Assembly (NCBI GenBank): GCA_964019335.1
Contig: OZ025712.1
Span: 186,001-250,000 of the forward strand
Direction: 5' to 3'
DNA length: 64,000 nt
Origin: Diplonema japonicum
Taxonomy: Eukaryota > Protista > Euglenozoa: Diplonemea
Shown one piece after another: positions 42,707 to 55,562 of this stretch. The position numbers were made by a program, and so were the translations under genes. The notes below the pieces were generated by a model, which was not told where the DNA came from, did no database searches, and worked only from the letters and a program-made list of their open reading frames with translations. Position 1 is the first letter of the stretch. Each line of letters begins with the position of its first letter.

Positions 42707-45700
42707 CTACTCTGTCTCAGATGATGCCTCAGCCTTTGGTTCTTCAGTCTCAACTTCTTCTGCCTTTGGTTCCTCAGGCACAGGCTCCTCGACCTTAGGC
42801 ACTTCAACCTCCGGAACTACAGGCGGTGTCGATTCGTCTTCAGCTTTCACTTCTTCAACAGGCTCCGGTGCCTCCACCTTAGGTTCCTCAACCTTAGGTT
42901 CCTCAACCTTAGGCTCCTCAACCTTAGGTTCTTCAACTTTAGGCTCTTCTGCTTTAGGTTCCTCGACCTTAGACTCCGGTTCTTCAACTTTAGGCTCCTC
43001 CACTTTAGGTTCCTCAACCTTAGGTTCTTCTGCCTTAGGCTCCTCCACTTTAGGTTCTTCGGCCTTTACCTCTTCAGCAGGCTTGGGTATCTCTGCCTTA
43101 GGTTCGTTGGCCTTAGGTTCTTCTGCTTTAGGTTCAACCTTCGGTTCCTCGACAGCCTTTGGCTCCTCTTTAGGCTCCTCAACCTGCTGGGGTGCCTCGA
43201 CTTCAGGTTCGACAGGCTTGAGTGTCTCCACCTTAGGTTCCTCTGCTTTAACTTCTTCCATGTTCGGCTCCTCCTGCGCAGGTGTAGAGTTCTCGATCTC
43301 TCGTTCCTCAGATGTGGGGGCCTCTGCAGTTTTAGGTTCATCGGCCTTCGGAGCTTCTTCCTTGGGTTTCTCAGCAGGTGCTTCGGTCTTAGGCTCCGCG
43401 GAAGGGGCAGGAGCAGGGACAACAACCGCAGCCTTGGGCGTTTCAGCTACAACTTTCGGTTCCTCTGGCTTCTTAGGTGAAGAAGGGGGGACTCCGGATA
43501 GCGCTGTCGCAACAGGGTCAGGCTTCTTGGCAGCCTCAGCGGCAGAGGCAGCGTCGTTGATAGGCGGTGGGGCCAGGCTGTGTGCTGCACTGGTGCTGGT
43601 GGCGGGCCCAGAAGTGAGGGACAGGACAGGCCCCTTGGACGGGCCTGTGAGGTAGCCTGCGAAGGTCTCCTTGGTGAGGAACAGGTCGTGGTTCTGTGAT
43701 TGGTAGCTGTCCCACTTGGGATGCTGTGAGAGCTGCTCGCGCACAATTTGACAGTTGGGAGAGCTCCCGTTGCTCATGGCCTTGAGGGCCTTGACAGCGA
43801 CTGCACGCACGGCGCTTGAAGAGTTGGTGTCCAGCACGTTCAGCAGGAAGGCAGCCAGGTTGCAGTCCAACGCCCTGTGGTGGTCGTGTTATAATGCGCG
43901 CGGCATACCTCTTGACGATGCAGCCGTGCTCGCAGTTGTTCCTCACCATCATCCTTTCGATGGTTTCGATGGCCTGGCCCAGCTCGTCATCCGCGATACC
44001 AGGGCCCTGCATGAAGTCCAGAATAGGCTGCATGCAGTTCGTCTGACCCATGCTCTCGACTACCTTTTTTTTTTTTTTTTTTTTTTTTTTTCTTCGTCCC
44101 CCACTGCATACCGATCTGCACAAGGCCAGCTGGTGAACAATGTGTATCGAGCACTGCGAGGACACCGGTTGCAACTTCCCGATGTCGTTGAAGAGCTTCG
44201 GGATGTGCCCCAGCTGCGGTACCTGTTTGGGATTGCGGGGATGGAGGGGGATACCTGATCTGTGAGTACGGGTTGAGCGTGCAGCAGGCACACAAGACAC
44301 TTCGAAATGAGCTGCACCAGCTCCTCCGAAATAGGCGACTCGAGGATCCTGTCCAGGTAAGCATCGAAGAGCGCGGTGAGGAACTTCCTGTTGAAGTTGT
44401 AATAATAATAGTATGGAAATGAAAGAGCCGTACCTTGGGTTGCGCAGTGCCCACGCTGGCTGCTTCACGTACAGCTGCAGGTATACACCACCGATCTCAA
44501 GCTCATCTACAGATGCTGCGTGCCCCAGTGTGTCTGGCAGCCTGAAGACAGTGCTGGGGTCTGTCAAGAGTCCTTTCACTACGTCCTCCCGCAGTGTTTT
44601 GCAGGTCTCGACGCACTTGTCCCTCATGTCGGGTGTCCAGATGAGTTCCGGGTTCTCACTGCTTGCGTCGAACTGAATGAGAGGAAGGAAATTGAAGGGA
44701 AAATAAACAAAGTGGAACCACCCATACCATCATCGCTGCCGTGGATGCATTCTCCTTCATCGTTTCGATGAACACCCCAGGGAGGATCTTGCTGCTGCGC
44801 AGGGCGATCTTCGGGCCGTGCAGCTTGTCCGTCACCATCTTCCCGAGCAGCTGTTGGTGTGTGGGGTTGGGTTTCGATCAGAGATGTCATTGCTGAAACA
44901 TACCTGACAGGCGGCCTCCCTGATGTCGGGGACTCTGGTGGTGGCGAATTCGTAAAGGGCAAGGATGTACGCGCCCTTGTCAAGCATCTCGGCGACGGCC
45001 TTGGTGGACGAGGCGAGGGACAACAAGATCTGCAGGAGGCCCACAACGCAGCTTCTGAACCTTGTCATGCACACCATGAGGGGCGTGAGGACGCTCTGCT
45101 CCGAGATGGTGACCACGGCGTCGTGGTTCTGCGTGCAGAGGTTCAGCGTCTCCGCCGTCATGCTGCAGACAGGCTCAGTGCCCACGTTGAAGACAGAGAA
45201 CATCATCTTGTAGAACGAGAGGCACGCGACCACTGAGCTGGGCACTGCCGTCACCACGTTCCTGATAGCTTCCATGCAGGCACCAATCCTCCTGATGGCC
45301 TCTGAGTCCTCCAGTGGAGTCACCTTCTCCAGCTCCTTCTCGACGAACACCAAAGCAGCTGTGATGAACTCGCTGGGTTCTTCTAGCACGAAGTGAGGCT
45401 GCTCGTTGTATAGCCTAACGAACACACCACCCACGAACAGTTCCTTCTGATGCTCGCTGTACGCGAACTGATCCTCGAAGCTCTCTCCCTTTAGCGCCGC
45501 CTCCTGCGCCTTGGTGAGGAACTCGGTCAGCTCCGCCCTCGTGCCGTTGTTCCACAGCATGTACGGCGTTTCGGAGTTGGAGTTCAGCAGCTTCAAGACC
45601 GTCGGCTCGCCTTCCGGGAGTTCGTTATGGCATTCAGCCTTGAGCTTGGTCACCACATACGGCGTGAGCAGCGTCGCAAGAGTCTCTGTGAAGGCCTGGT

Positions 45701-48700
45701 GCGGCTTGGTGTTCTCCATGAACCCGCAGAGCCTGCAGATGGTGAAGATGGCAGCCTTCGACTGGATATTCTTGAGCTCCTGGATGTTTGTCTCCGCATC
45801 CTTTTCCACGCCGCCCTCGTCAAGGGTGTAGTCGTACCCGAAGACGAACAACAGCAAGTGCCACAGCACCCCAGCATGGTACAGCTGGTCCTGGAGGGTT
45901 TCCCCTGCAGCAAAGGCAGAGCAGCATGCGATGGACGCCTTTGCCAGCCTGGGGGCACTCTTGCACGTGACACCCTTGCAAACCATGTCGACGATTGTGG
46001 GCATTTCCTGCATGCGGGTCCGGCAGCTCTCGAAGTCAGCTGCCACAGCGAAGGTCTCGATGACCCTTTGTGCGATGAGAACGGGCATGTCGGAGTCGGT
46101 GGAGTTGTCGCCGATGACGTCTATGCACCTTTCGAGGGCGGTTTTGAGGAGCTCGAGACCGCCCTCCCTGAGGAGTTCCTCCGCGTTGAGAGGCGAGGCG
46201 TTCACGGTGTGGAGGCAGAGCTCCGCTGCGCTGGGGAGCAGCGGCGTCTCCAAAGCGAACAGCTGTGGGTCGGTGGCCTCCTTCTCGACGTGCGAGAGCA
46301 GCATGGGGTACCCCGCGTACTTGTACGGTGAAAGTATGTCCCTGAACCTCTTGTAGAGGATGGACTGCGTGCGGATGAGCAGGTCGATCCTCTTGGGGTC
46401 CGGGAAGTCGGACGGCTGGTTCGGGTTTGCAAGGTATTCATATGCTTTTAATATCTCCTCAAAGCGCTCTCTCCCGTCAGGGTTCTTGTCAGGATGGAAC
46501 TGCGCGGCAAGCACGAAGTACGCCTTCCTCACCTTCGAAGCCTCGTGCTCCACCTCGGGGTCGAGGTCAAGCGCCTCAAACGCCTTCGAGCGCGTCAACC
46601 CCACAGGGTTCCCCTTCTTGTCCATCTCTTTCCTCCATTCGTTCAGCGTGTCCTTTAGAAGTTCAACTTGCTTCACAATGGGCCAGTCAGGGAACCTTGT
46701 AGCGTCACACAGATGGCGGAGGTAGTAGATGTTGCAGAAGAGCTCGTTTTCAAGCTGAGCATACACAACAGGAGTGATCGGGCAGTATGTGTAGATAGCC
46801 CTGGTGTTCGAACGCAGCTTCGGGGAGAACTCCATCAGGTGCACTGCGATCTTCTGCACAAGGTGCTGCCTCATCTCGTTGCCCCAGATTGCCTCTGGGT
46901 TGTCAAACTCACCGAGGAACACCTCTGCGAACTTGTCAACACCGTAGTTCGACAGGAAACACACCATGGCCTTGGGCAGCATCGGCGACAGGACGGAGGT
47001 CCCCTCATCGGATCGGAAGGCCTGGTTCTCGTGACAGAGATGGAACAACTTGCAAATGGGTTTGATGTCGGACCCCATGTACATGAGGGAGAAGAAAAAG
47101 ACACCCGTGAGATAGAGCCTAGCAGAGGAGTGCGGGTTGTCCTCCATGAGTTCGCAGAGGAGCGATGCGCACCTGTTAACAAGACCAGGGTCGAGAGTGA
47201 GCATAATCTGTGCGATGTGAGGGAGGACGGTGGGCTCGGCGAGCATTCTCTTGATCCTCGGGACAGGGCGCACGATGATGCCGTCGATGTTTCTTGTTGG
47301 GTAGAACGCGCACATCCTGATGAGCATGTCCAGTACGAGACAAGACAGTTCTGTGGGATTCAGGCAGCCTGCAGAGGAGTACAGCAGGTTCCACTTTAGC
47401 TGCGGAATGTCTTCGAACGCATGCCACGCGTCAAGCCCTTGCGCCCACATCCTTGTTTCCTTCGTGATCTTGGACTCCTTGAACATCTCCTCCACCGTGT
47501 CGTAGCTGATGGGGCCTTGCTGCTCACCGTTCTCGTCCTGCCAGTACCACTCGGGTTCGCTGCCGAGCTTCTCCTCGTGATTCATCTCGATGACGTTGGT
47601 CTGTGTCTTGAGCTGTGCCCTGTCGTGGTGGAGGTGCGCTAGTGTCAGAAGGTCGATCAGCACAGGGACGCCGTGGCAGTCGATAAACAGCTTCACGTTG
47701 CCCTTGACCCTGAGAAGGTTGGACAAAAACTGCAGCAGCCTGTCCCTCTCCAGCTTGTCCTTCGCACTCTTGAGCATCGCCACGATAAACGAAAGGTCGT
47801 TGAAGACACCGATCTCTGAAGCGTGCGTTTCGTACAGCCTCGCCATCCCGTGCATGCACTGTGCCTTCAAGTTCACATCGCTTACCAACAGGAACCTGTG
47901 GTACAGATCGTAGAAGAACTCTCGTGGGTTGTGGATCTGAGGGTTGGGGTCCTCCAGCAACAGCCTTAAGAAGTGGCTACCGATCTGGATCTCATCCTTA
48001 AGGCACTCGTACAGTACCTCGAACTCCACGTGGTTCCACGCCACCTCATGTCCCCTCCTTACGTCTGTCCCCTGAGACAGCAAGCTCAGTTCCCTCTCGA
48101 CGCATTCGCGAAGCTCCTCTCTGGTGTGGTGGTTCCAGATCACGTCAGGCCTCGTGTGGTCCTGATGCATGATGTGGAAGAAGTACTGCCAGTTCAACGT
48201 TACTGAGACAAGCTGTTTGGCTTTTCTCAGAGTGACGGGCTGCTGTTCAGGTGGCTGCGGTTGTGGCGTCGGTACGCCCATCTTGATCCTCCAGTGCGAG
48301 GAAGCGATGCCAGTGGAGTCGTTGCCCGAGAACGAGGCGTTGGGAAGCTTTTCTTTGGATTGCAGGAAGGAGAGAAGCGCGTGGGGTACCATTCTTTTAA
48401 GGAGCTCCTGTGCCTCGGGGCAATCGACGGTCCACAGCCCAATGAGCTCCACGGCCAGCTCACGTTGGTCATGGTTCTTGCTCCACATGGCAAGGTAGAA
48501 CTGACGCAGAAGAGTCCCTTCAGAAAGGGCGTACCTCTGAAGCCTCTTGGCTTGGGAATCACATTCTTGCACAATGGTTTTCATAAGCATGCCAGAAGCA
48601 ATGCCAAGAGCCATGCATGGGTGGAGGTACAAACGGAACATGGCAGGACCGGCACCTTCTGCCAAGAGCTCGATGATGGTGTTGAAGTGCCCGGAGTCGG

Positions 48701-50411
48701 TGGTGTCCGAGTAAGGGGGGCACAGCGCGAACACGAAGAAGTCGAGAAGGGAGGAAAGGACCAGCGCACCGGTGTTGGCGAGCGCGTGCTGCTTAAGCAG
48801 TGCCACGAGGTTGGAGAGGAACTGTTGGGATGCAAGCAAGGAGCGTCTGTTGGCCTGCTCCTGGAAAATATCGTACTTGTCGTGCATAGGGTACAGCAGT
48901 GCAGCGAGGAAGTCAATCGCAGCATGCGACACAGCATCGTGGCGCATCTTGAGCGCAGTAACGACGGACTTTCCTACCTTGCGGACAAAACCAGGGATTT
49001 TAGTGAAGGCCTCAAATCCTGTATGAGACGCAGCCAACCTGCGGAGTGCGTAAAACTGGTCAGCGGCCTGCTCGGGTGACGGTGAGTCGCTGGAGTGCAC
49101 GAGCAAGGCGGTGATAGCGGTGGCGATCATCTTCTCCTTGTTCTCCGCGAAGAGCGCGTCCTTTGTCTCCGTGAAGTAAAGCCCGCTGTACTCGATGTTG
49201 TTGTTAAAGTACCTGATCAGCTGCGGGTATGTGATGATGTCCCTCTCGGGCTTCACATCGTACTCCCCCATCACCTTCAAAAGCGTGGATTCGATCATCT
49301 CGGGAACCGGTTTTCTGATAGCGCCCGTGCGGTGCCCGCGGTCGGTTTTCGACATTTTGATGCAACAGTGCAGGTTCCCGGCACGGCGGACACCGTCGAG
49401 AAGCGACGCGAGAAGCGAGTCACGGTCTGTGGATGTGTAGCTTTTGACAACATTGTCCTTGTATTCGATGTTGAAGCTCTGCGAGTCTTCCTCGCAGCGT
49501 ATCAACGCGAAGATGGCGATCAACGGTCTAGCAGTGACAACGTTGTATGTTGCTGGATCGCGCTCTACCAAATGCTTGTCCGTGATGCACAGCTGCCGCC
49601 TCACAGGAACGGCGTGACGCGGTGTTACCTTTGCAACGGAAAACTCCGAGGCAGAGACAAGCTCCTCTAAAGGAACGGCCCCCAATCGGGCCTGCTCAAA
49701 GTTTGTCATCGTCATTGTGTTCCCTGTTCTGATGTCGGTGAACCCAATGTACTTTGAAGCGGTCTCGAGTATCCTTCTTATCAGCTCGTCGGATCGGTCT
49801 GATTGATACACGTGAATTCTCTCGTGGTCGGAGTACTTAATAAATACTCCACCTGGTGTGTCGGACATGGTGCCGATTTCTTTAATTAACCAGTATTCGT
49901 AGCAGCCGATGACCTTTGTGGAATCGTGCGGGTCGACTTGTTGCAGACCGTGTGCGGCGAGTGAGAATGAGGCGGGTTTCCATTCCTCGTTCCATCGGAG
50001 TTTTTTCCCGCCGAAGACCTGGCCCACGTGGGTGTCTCTTGCGGCGAATTTTTTCCGTTGCCGTTGGATTTCAGTGAGGATTTCAGCTCTGTCTGGTGTG
50101 CTGAATGTCATGGTCTCCGAACTCTTCCCTTTCCCCACTGTGATCGTGAACTCAAGCTGCGTTCCTGTTTTTGGAAGGGTGTCGAAGAATTCTGTTCCGT
50201 ACTGCCATTCGTTCGTCAGTTTGAACAGTGCGGTTGGGTCGATTGTTGCGACCGTGTGCTTCCCGATGCAGATTACTCGCTTCAACTTCCCCCTCCACGA
50301 ATGCACCTTGATCACGCTGTACCTTGCAAGGAACTCATGTGCCAAGGACAGTTTTTCCTCCTGCGTCTTCTTTTTTTCCTTGCCCGAGGATAAAAAAGAA
50401 CTGAGGCTCAT
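42707..50411 (-). CDS. DNAJC13: RME-8 / DNAJC13 endosomal J-domain protein, 7 exons (~2478 aa)
   Basis: HSWRGK, LVERDPATY, IWN repeats, GYF_2 and a J domain (FHPDKNPDGRERFE..AYEYL). GT-AG introns at 44903-44851, 44727-44673, 44433-44388, 44254-44223, 44111-44064 and 43908-43875 restore one reading frame. Confidence 0.95.
42730..43300 (-). repeat. Coding minisatellite (15-bp units, EEPKV/EEPKA) in the RME-8 tail
   Basis: Repeated aaccttaggttcctc units. Confidence 0.9.
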
Positions 50412-50569
50412 TTTATTTTATTTTATTTTATTTTTTTTCTTCGCGCAAACACACAAAACCCCTCCTCCCTCCCTCCCTCCCCACGCCCTTCAAAAAAAAA
50501 AACTTTTTTTTTTTGTTGAAGGGGACAAGAAAAAAAAGAGAAAAAAAAAAAAGAACGGAACACTGATTA

Positions 50570-50920
50570 TCAACCTTTTTGAATGTACTCCGCGGCTTTC
50601 TTCTCCAGCCATTTTGTAAAGGCTACTGTGTCGTCTGGGAGTGGGATGGCTAAGTCAGCCTCGGTGGTGAGCAGCGACAGCTCCAGATTGATTAGCATCG
50701 GCTTGAAGCTCTCAGAGTCTTTGAGCACCTGAAGGAAGTCGAAGTAGGTCTGGGCAGTAATGTCTTGAGACTGATCAAGATCGACCCTGGCTGACCAAGG
50801 GGCCTGATCGATGTTGACCTTGTTGTTCTTCGCTGCCTGTAGGACTATGGCAGAATGGTCAGCATTCCACGGTGGGACCTTGGGCGTCAACACTATCGTT
50901 CGCTCACTCCAATCCGTCAT
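50570..50920 (-). CDS. Small hypothetical protein (116 aa)
   Basis: ATG-started ORF MTDWSERT... occupying a complex, GC3-rich island. Confidence 0.65.
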   Translation of the reverse strand: MTDWSERTIVLTPKVPPWNADHSAIVLQAAKNNKVNIDQAPWSARVDLDQSQDITAQTYFDFLQVLKDSESFKPMLINLELSLLTTEADLAIPLPDDTVAFTKWLEKKAAEYIQKG

Positions 50921-50924
50921 CTTA

Positions 50925-50960
<36 letters not shown>

Positions 50961-52259
50961 ACCTCCCACGCCCCCCTCTCTTCCCCACACCCTCCCCTTC
51001 CTGCGATGTGGTAGTACGGGGGGGGAAAAAAATTCTTTTAAAAAAAAAAAAAGTAAACGAAGTGAAAAGAGAAAAAAAATGTGGTTTGTGTTTTTGTTTG
51101 TTTGTTTGTATTGTTTGTTGGTATAGGGTCACATGGGGGGGGGGGGGGGGGGGACGATGACCTTTCATTTCTTTTTTTCTTCTTCGGTGTGTTTTTTTTT
51201 AACGCTGTTTCTTTGTTGTTAGTAAACATTACCAGCGACAGTCATATCAATCAGAAGGCAGGGGGGGGGGGGGGGTGGAGGACAATTTCGTTAAAAAAAG
51301 AAAAAGAAAAACAAGATTCACCAGAGAAAAAAAAGGGGGGAATATGTCTAATACTAGGGAAAGGGGGGGGGGGTGAAATTACTTCTACTCCGGGTCGGTG
51401 TCACGCAATAAGAGTTCAGAATAAAGAAGGATTATAAAATTATAAATTTGAAAAAATTCTTGGGGGGGGGGGAAGGGGGGTGAAGGGTTTGGATTTCTTC
51501 TTTCTAATGGTGAATGCATAAATAATGAAAAAGATCAATTGAACTGTGTGTTAAGAAGGAGAGGTAAAAAGCGCCACCCGGTCGGCCATCAATTTTTGCT
51601 AGGGAGGGAAAAAGATTTTGAAGAAAAAAGAAATACTATGAGGTTATATATCCTCTTGTGCAGCTAAAGATCACTTTGACTCGTTTAAGCCTGAAAACTT
51701 CTTTTTTTGATCCTGCTGCCCCCCCCCCCCAAAAAAAAAAATTACATTTTCGTATGTAGTGTTTTTTTTTTTCCTTTTGTTTTTCTTCCATGTTTCTGTT
51801 CGTCATAAAAAAAAAAAAAAAAAAAAAAAGAAAAAGCAAACTGAAAATTTTCCAAACTGAGAAGGCGAGATTTGACGCGGAAGAAGAAAGGGGGGGGAAG
51901 AAAAAAAATAATCTTTAGTGGCACGCATCAAGGAACAAGCCACAGCCGGAGAGCATGGCAAAAAAAAAAAGGGGGGAGAGGGGGACGAGGATATACCATT
52001 TTAGGCCCTCATTTCTGACACGAAAAAAAAAGTGTAGAACTGATCGGTTCCTCTTTTTTTCTCTCTTTTTTTTTTTTTTTTTCTTCCATCGGTGTTTGCT
52101 GAGAAACCCGAAAGAGGGGCTTTAAGACCCTGTTTTGTTGTTGGCAAAAGAAAGAGGGTTAAAAAAAAAAAAAAAAAAAAAGAAATATCTGGAGAGAGGG
52201 TAAAAGAGGGGAAACGATTGGGTGGTGACTCACGTAATGTATCTTAACACTAAGTTTCT

Positions 52260-52290
<31 letters not shown>

Positions 52291-52333
52291 CGCGTGTGTG
52301 TTTTTGTGTTTTTGTTCTTTTTTTTTTCTTTAA

Positions 52334-54154
52334 CCCTTAAACGCCCAACTGCTTCTGTAGAAGCAGTTAAAGGTGTGATTGTTCTGTGGTCATCTAGACC
52401 AAAGCCTCGGATCGGTTTTCATAAAAAAAAGATGGAATGGAAAGATATTGAAAATCTGCGTTAAATGCGCTATTTGTATCCATCTGAAACCTCATAACTT
52501 CATCCCAGAACGGGGTGCCGAGACACCGGGTGACACCAAAAATGGGCATTTTCCGGATTTTCATGATTTTTCCAGGATTTTTTCCCTCTTTTTTTTTTTT
52601 TTTCCCCGAGTCACTAGGCCTTATCAAAATCAACATGCCAGCACACAACGGGAGCAGTTCCCGTCGACCTGCAATGTTCATATGGGTTAAATCCACCTCT
52701 CTACCTCAATCCTCCTTTCTTTTTTATTTACCAGGACCGCGATGACGATGTAGTTATGGGTCCGGTTGGGATCCTACGAAACAGGTGGCCCACCTTTCTG
52801 GAGAACGGATGGTTTTTTGTAGTCGGGGATGCACTCGTTCTTCGTCGCGTCCCAGTGGCACCTCCCGCAGTTCGGCGGTTGGCAACGGTCCTGCGAGCAC
52901 GCTGCTGCAGCGTTCCAGCAGCAATCGCAAGCCTTGCAGTCTGCCTGTGTCCTCGCCGCCGTTCACTTCTTCTGTACATCACCCGTCCATCCACAGTCGC
53001 TGCTCGCCGCGGAGCTACCGCGTGTCCCTGGACACCGAGTTCTCGCGGCCCCAGACGCAGTTCGCTCTTGCACGCCGCCGCGTCCGTCGTCACCGTGCAC
53101 GTTGCGACCGGCTTGCACACGGGCGTCCACCGCCGTGTCCCTCTGGGCAGTCTGCATTCGGCGCCTTCAACCACTTCTCCCGCACGAAGATCGCTCCACA
53201 GGGCTTCGGGTCGCATTTGGTCCCGTCCCACTTGCACAGGAGGTTCGGGTCGCTCGTGCAGGCCCTCTGGTCGATTGTCCCCATCGTCGTCGGGTTCGGT
53301 CCCAGCCCGGGGTACTCGTGGTGTGCTTCGTGGTCACACGGGAAACGGATGGCCCTGGTGTGGAAACCGGCACTGGTGTGACGTTTGCAACCACCGATCC
53401 CAGACGATGACCAGCATAACGGAGCATGCATGGGTAAAGAACGTATTGAAAAGCAAGCAGAGTGAAGTGAGAAGGCCTCCCGTCTGCCACAGCCCACCAC
53501 GGGATTATCCTAAGCGAGTAGTTCAAAGCAAAGGAATGTGCCGGGATGGTGTAACAATACCTCCTGAAATTGTGACCGTCGTGACGCCAGAGCGGCTGGA
53601 AAAAGGAAGAGAGTGCTCACCTCCAACCCTGGGATGACCCCCCGGGTAAGCGGAAGTCCAGAAATGCTCAGCACGATGCGGAAGGTCAGCCTTCCCGGCC
53701 AACGCCAAACCGAGAGTGCATACCTCTGGCACCTTGGACACAGCTATGGCACGAGGTCTCTTCTCCTCGAACCAAATTGCCTCCCTGCCTTGCACAACTC
53801 CATGTAAATGTTTCTCCCAGATGCCGTCCATCTCATTGCGACAAACAGTCACCGCAGGCACCAGAACAGTGAACACCCCATGCACACTGAGATTTTAGCG
53901 AGTTTCGCATGCATGATTTCCAGGAAAAGCAAATGAACTCATGGCATCCGGCCGATGCACCTCCATGGGTCGAAAACACTAAATATTTAGTGGAATGAAC
54001 GCAAATCTTTCAAATCTTTCAAATGCGTACCTCGAATCAAAAAATAACCTCAAGACTCAGCATGTTTGACCCAATGCCAACAAAGACCCAAAATCGAAAA
54101 ATTTCGAAAATCAATTACCCCCCCCCCCCCCCCCCCCCCTCAGGCGTCTAAGGG
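52334..54154. mobile_element. piggyBac-like non-autonomous element with cargo
   Basis: TTAA|CCCTTAAACGCC ... GGCGTCTAAGGG|TTAA: an 11/12 TIR match, CCC termini and a TTAA target duplication. Confidence 0.7.
52800..53300 (-). pseudogene. Frameshifted fragment of a Cys-rich repeat (surface-protein-like) gene
   Basis: Across frames: CTSDPNLLCKWDGTKCDPKPC, CKPVATCTVTTDAAACK, NCVWG, DCGWTG, DCKACDCCWNAAAAC and RCHWDATKNECIP. Confidence 0.6.
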
Positions 54155-54456
54155 TTAAAAAAAACAAAAAAAAAAAAGATTTCAGCCAAAGAAATCGAAC
54201 AAGTGCCCTAGTGCCCAAGGCCTTAGAACAGAGAGGTAGAATGGAATTAATACATATGCTTTGCACGCCAACAAGGATGATCTTTTTTTTTCTCTCATTT
54301 TTTTCCCCTCCCTTCTTTTTTTTAAAAAAAAGAGTCGGTTGATGGTTGTTTGTGCACAGCCGGGGTTAACCTGTAGAAGGATAAGCCCCAACAATGCCAC
54401 CACTACTCTTTTTAGCACCAACAATTCATTATCAATATATTGGTTTTCTTGTTCAT

Positions 54457-54504
<48 letters not shown>

Positions 54505-54783
54505 CACCAACACTTTCATTAACTAATATAATCAAGTACCTAGTTTCCCTTCCCCCTTTTTTTTTTTCCCCTTCTTTTTCTTTCTAAACATATTTCGATA
54601 GCTTGGAAGAGGAGCAAGAACTGAAGGGAACAAAAAAAAAAAAAAGAAAATAAAATTTCAGTGTGCATGGGGGTGCTCACTGTTCAAGTAGACGGCGGTC
54701 ACCGTTCTGCGGTTGCTGTCTGGTGCCTGCGGTGGCTGTTTGTCGCGATGAGATGGACGGCATCTGGGCGAGGAACATTACAA
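53803..54783. repeat. Two inverted copies of a ~90-130 bp repeat (53803-53895 and 54654-54783)
   Basis: cccagatgccgtccatctcat.gcgacaaacag.caccgcaggcacca ... gaacagtga.cacccc.atgcacactga.atttt on opposite strands. Confidence 0.8.
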
Positions 54784-55562
54784 AGAGTCGTTCAAGGTAA
54801 GGGGCTGTTTGGCTCGAGGATGGCAGGATATAAATAATAAAAAAATAATACCTTTCAATAAGGCAACAGGGGTGGGGAAGGAACAAAGAGGTTTTTTTTT
54901 GGGGGGGGGAAGAGCTCGATCAAACCAGTAAGCTGGCCTAGCCGTTAAGCCTATCTGACCAGGATACCGGTGTATATAGTGACGGTGAGTCAGGCAATAC
55001 ATGAGATTGCTGAAAAATGACTGGAAGGGGTAAAGGTGACAAATTTTTTTAGGAGTAGTCTTTCAAAAAACATCCCCCAGACAGAAAAATGGTCTGGATG
55101 CGAAAAATAATAAATTCGGACAGTGCCACCTTTTGTTTTTTTTCCCCCCCTCCATTTTACAGCAGTTGTAAAAAAAAAAAAAAAAGAGGTCATGTGGAGA
55201 TGGGGGGGGTAAAATAATAAACCTTTCTCTCCCCCCCCCTCCCTTTTTTTTCCTCCTTTTTTTCCCCCCGTGTCATGGTGGGCATCTCTGAAAATAAGAA
55301 TGAACGAAAACACACGTTTTGTTCCTCTTTCTTTTTTTTTTTGGTTGTGCGCAAAAGCGGTTTCAGAAGGGGACACAATAATAACGACACATAAGGGGGG
55401 GGAGAGGAAAGATTCTTTTTTTTTTGTTGCAAGCAAGCAAGAATGGAAGAAGATAAAAAAAAATACTCGCCCAACTACCCTGAGACATAAAAAAAAATTA
55501 AAAAAAAAATTAAAAAAAAAAAATAAAAATAAAAAAGAAGGGAAGCTCTAGAAAATATATTT

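Noticed and set aside
42666-43655. Plus-strand 329-aa Ser/Gly ORF and TTAGG telomere-like words
   Set aside because: This is the antisense shadow of the EEPKV coding repeat of RME-8.
43536-45046. Separate ORFs or frameshifts suggesting an RME-8 pseudogene or programmed frameshifting
   Set aside because: Fully explained by six canonical GT-AG introns.
52756-53637. Plus-strand 293-aa ORF
   Set aside because: No domain signal. It is the GC-rich antisense of the decayed Cys-rich fragment.
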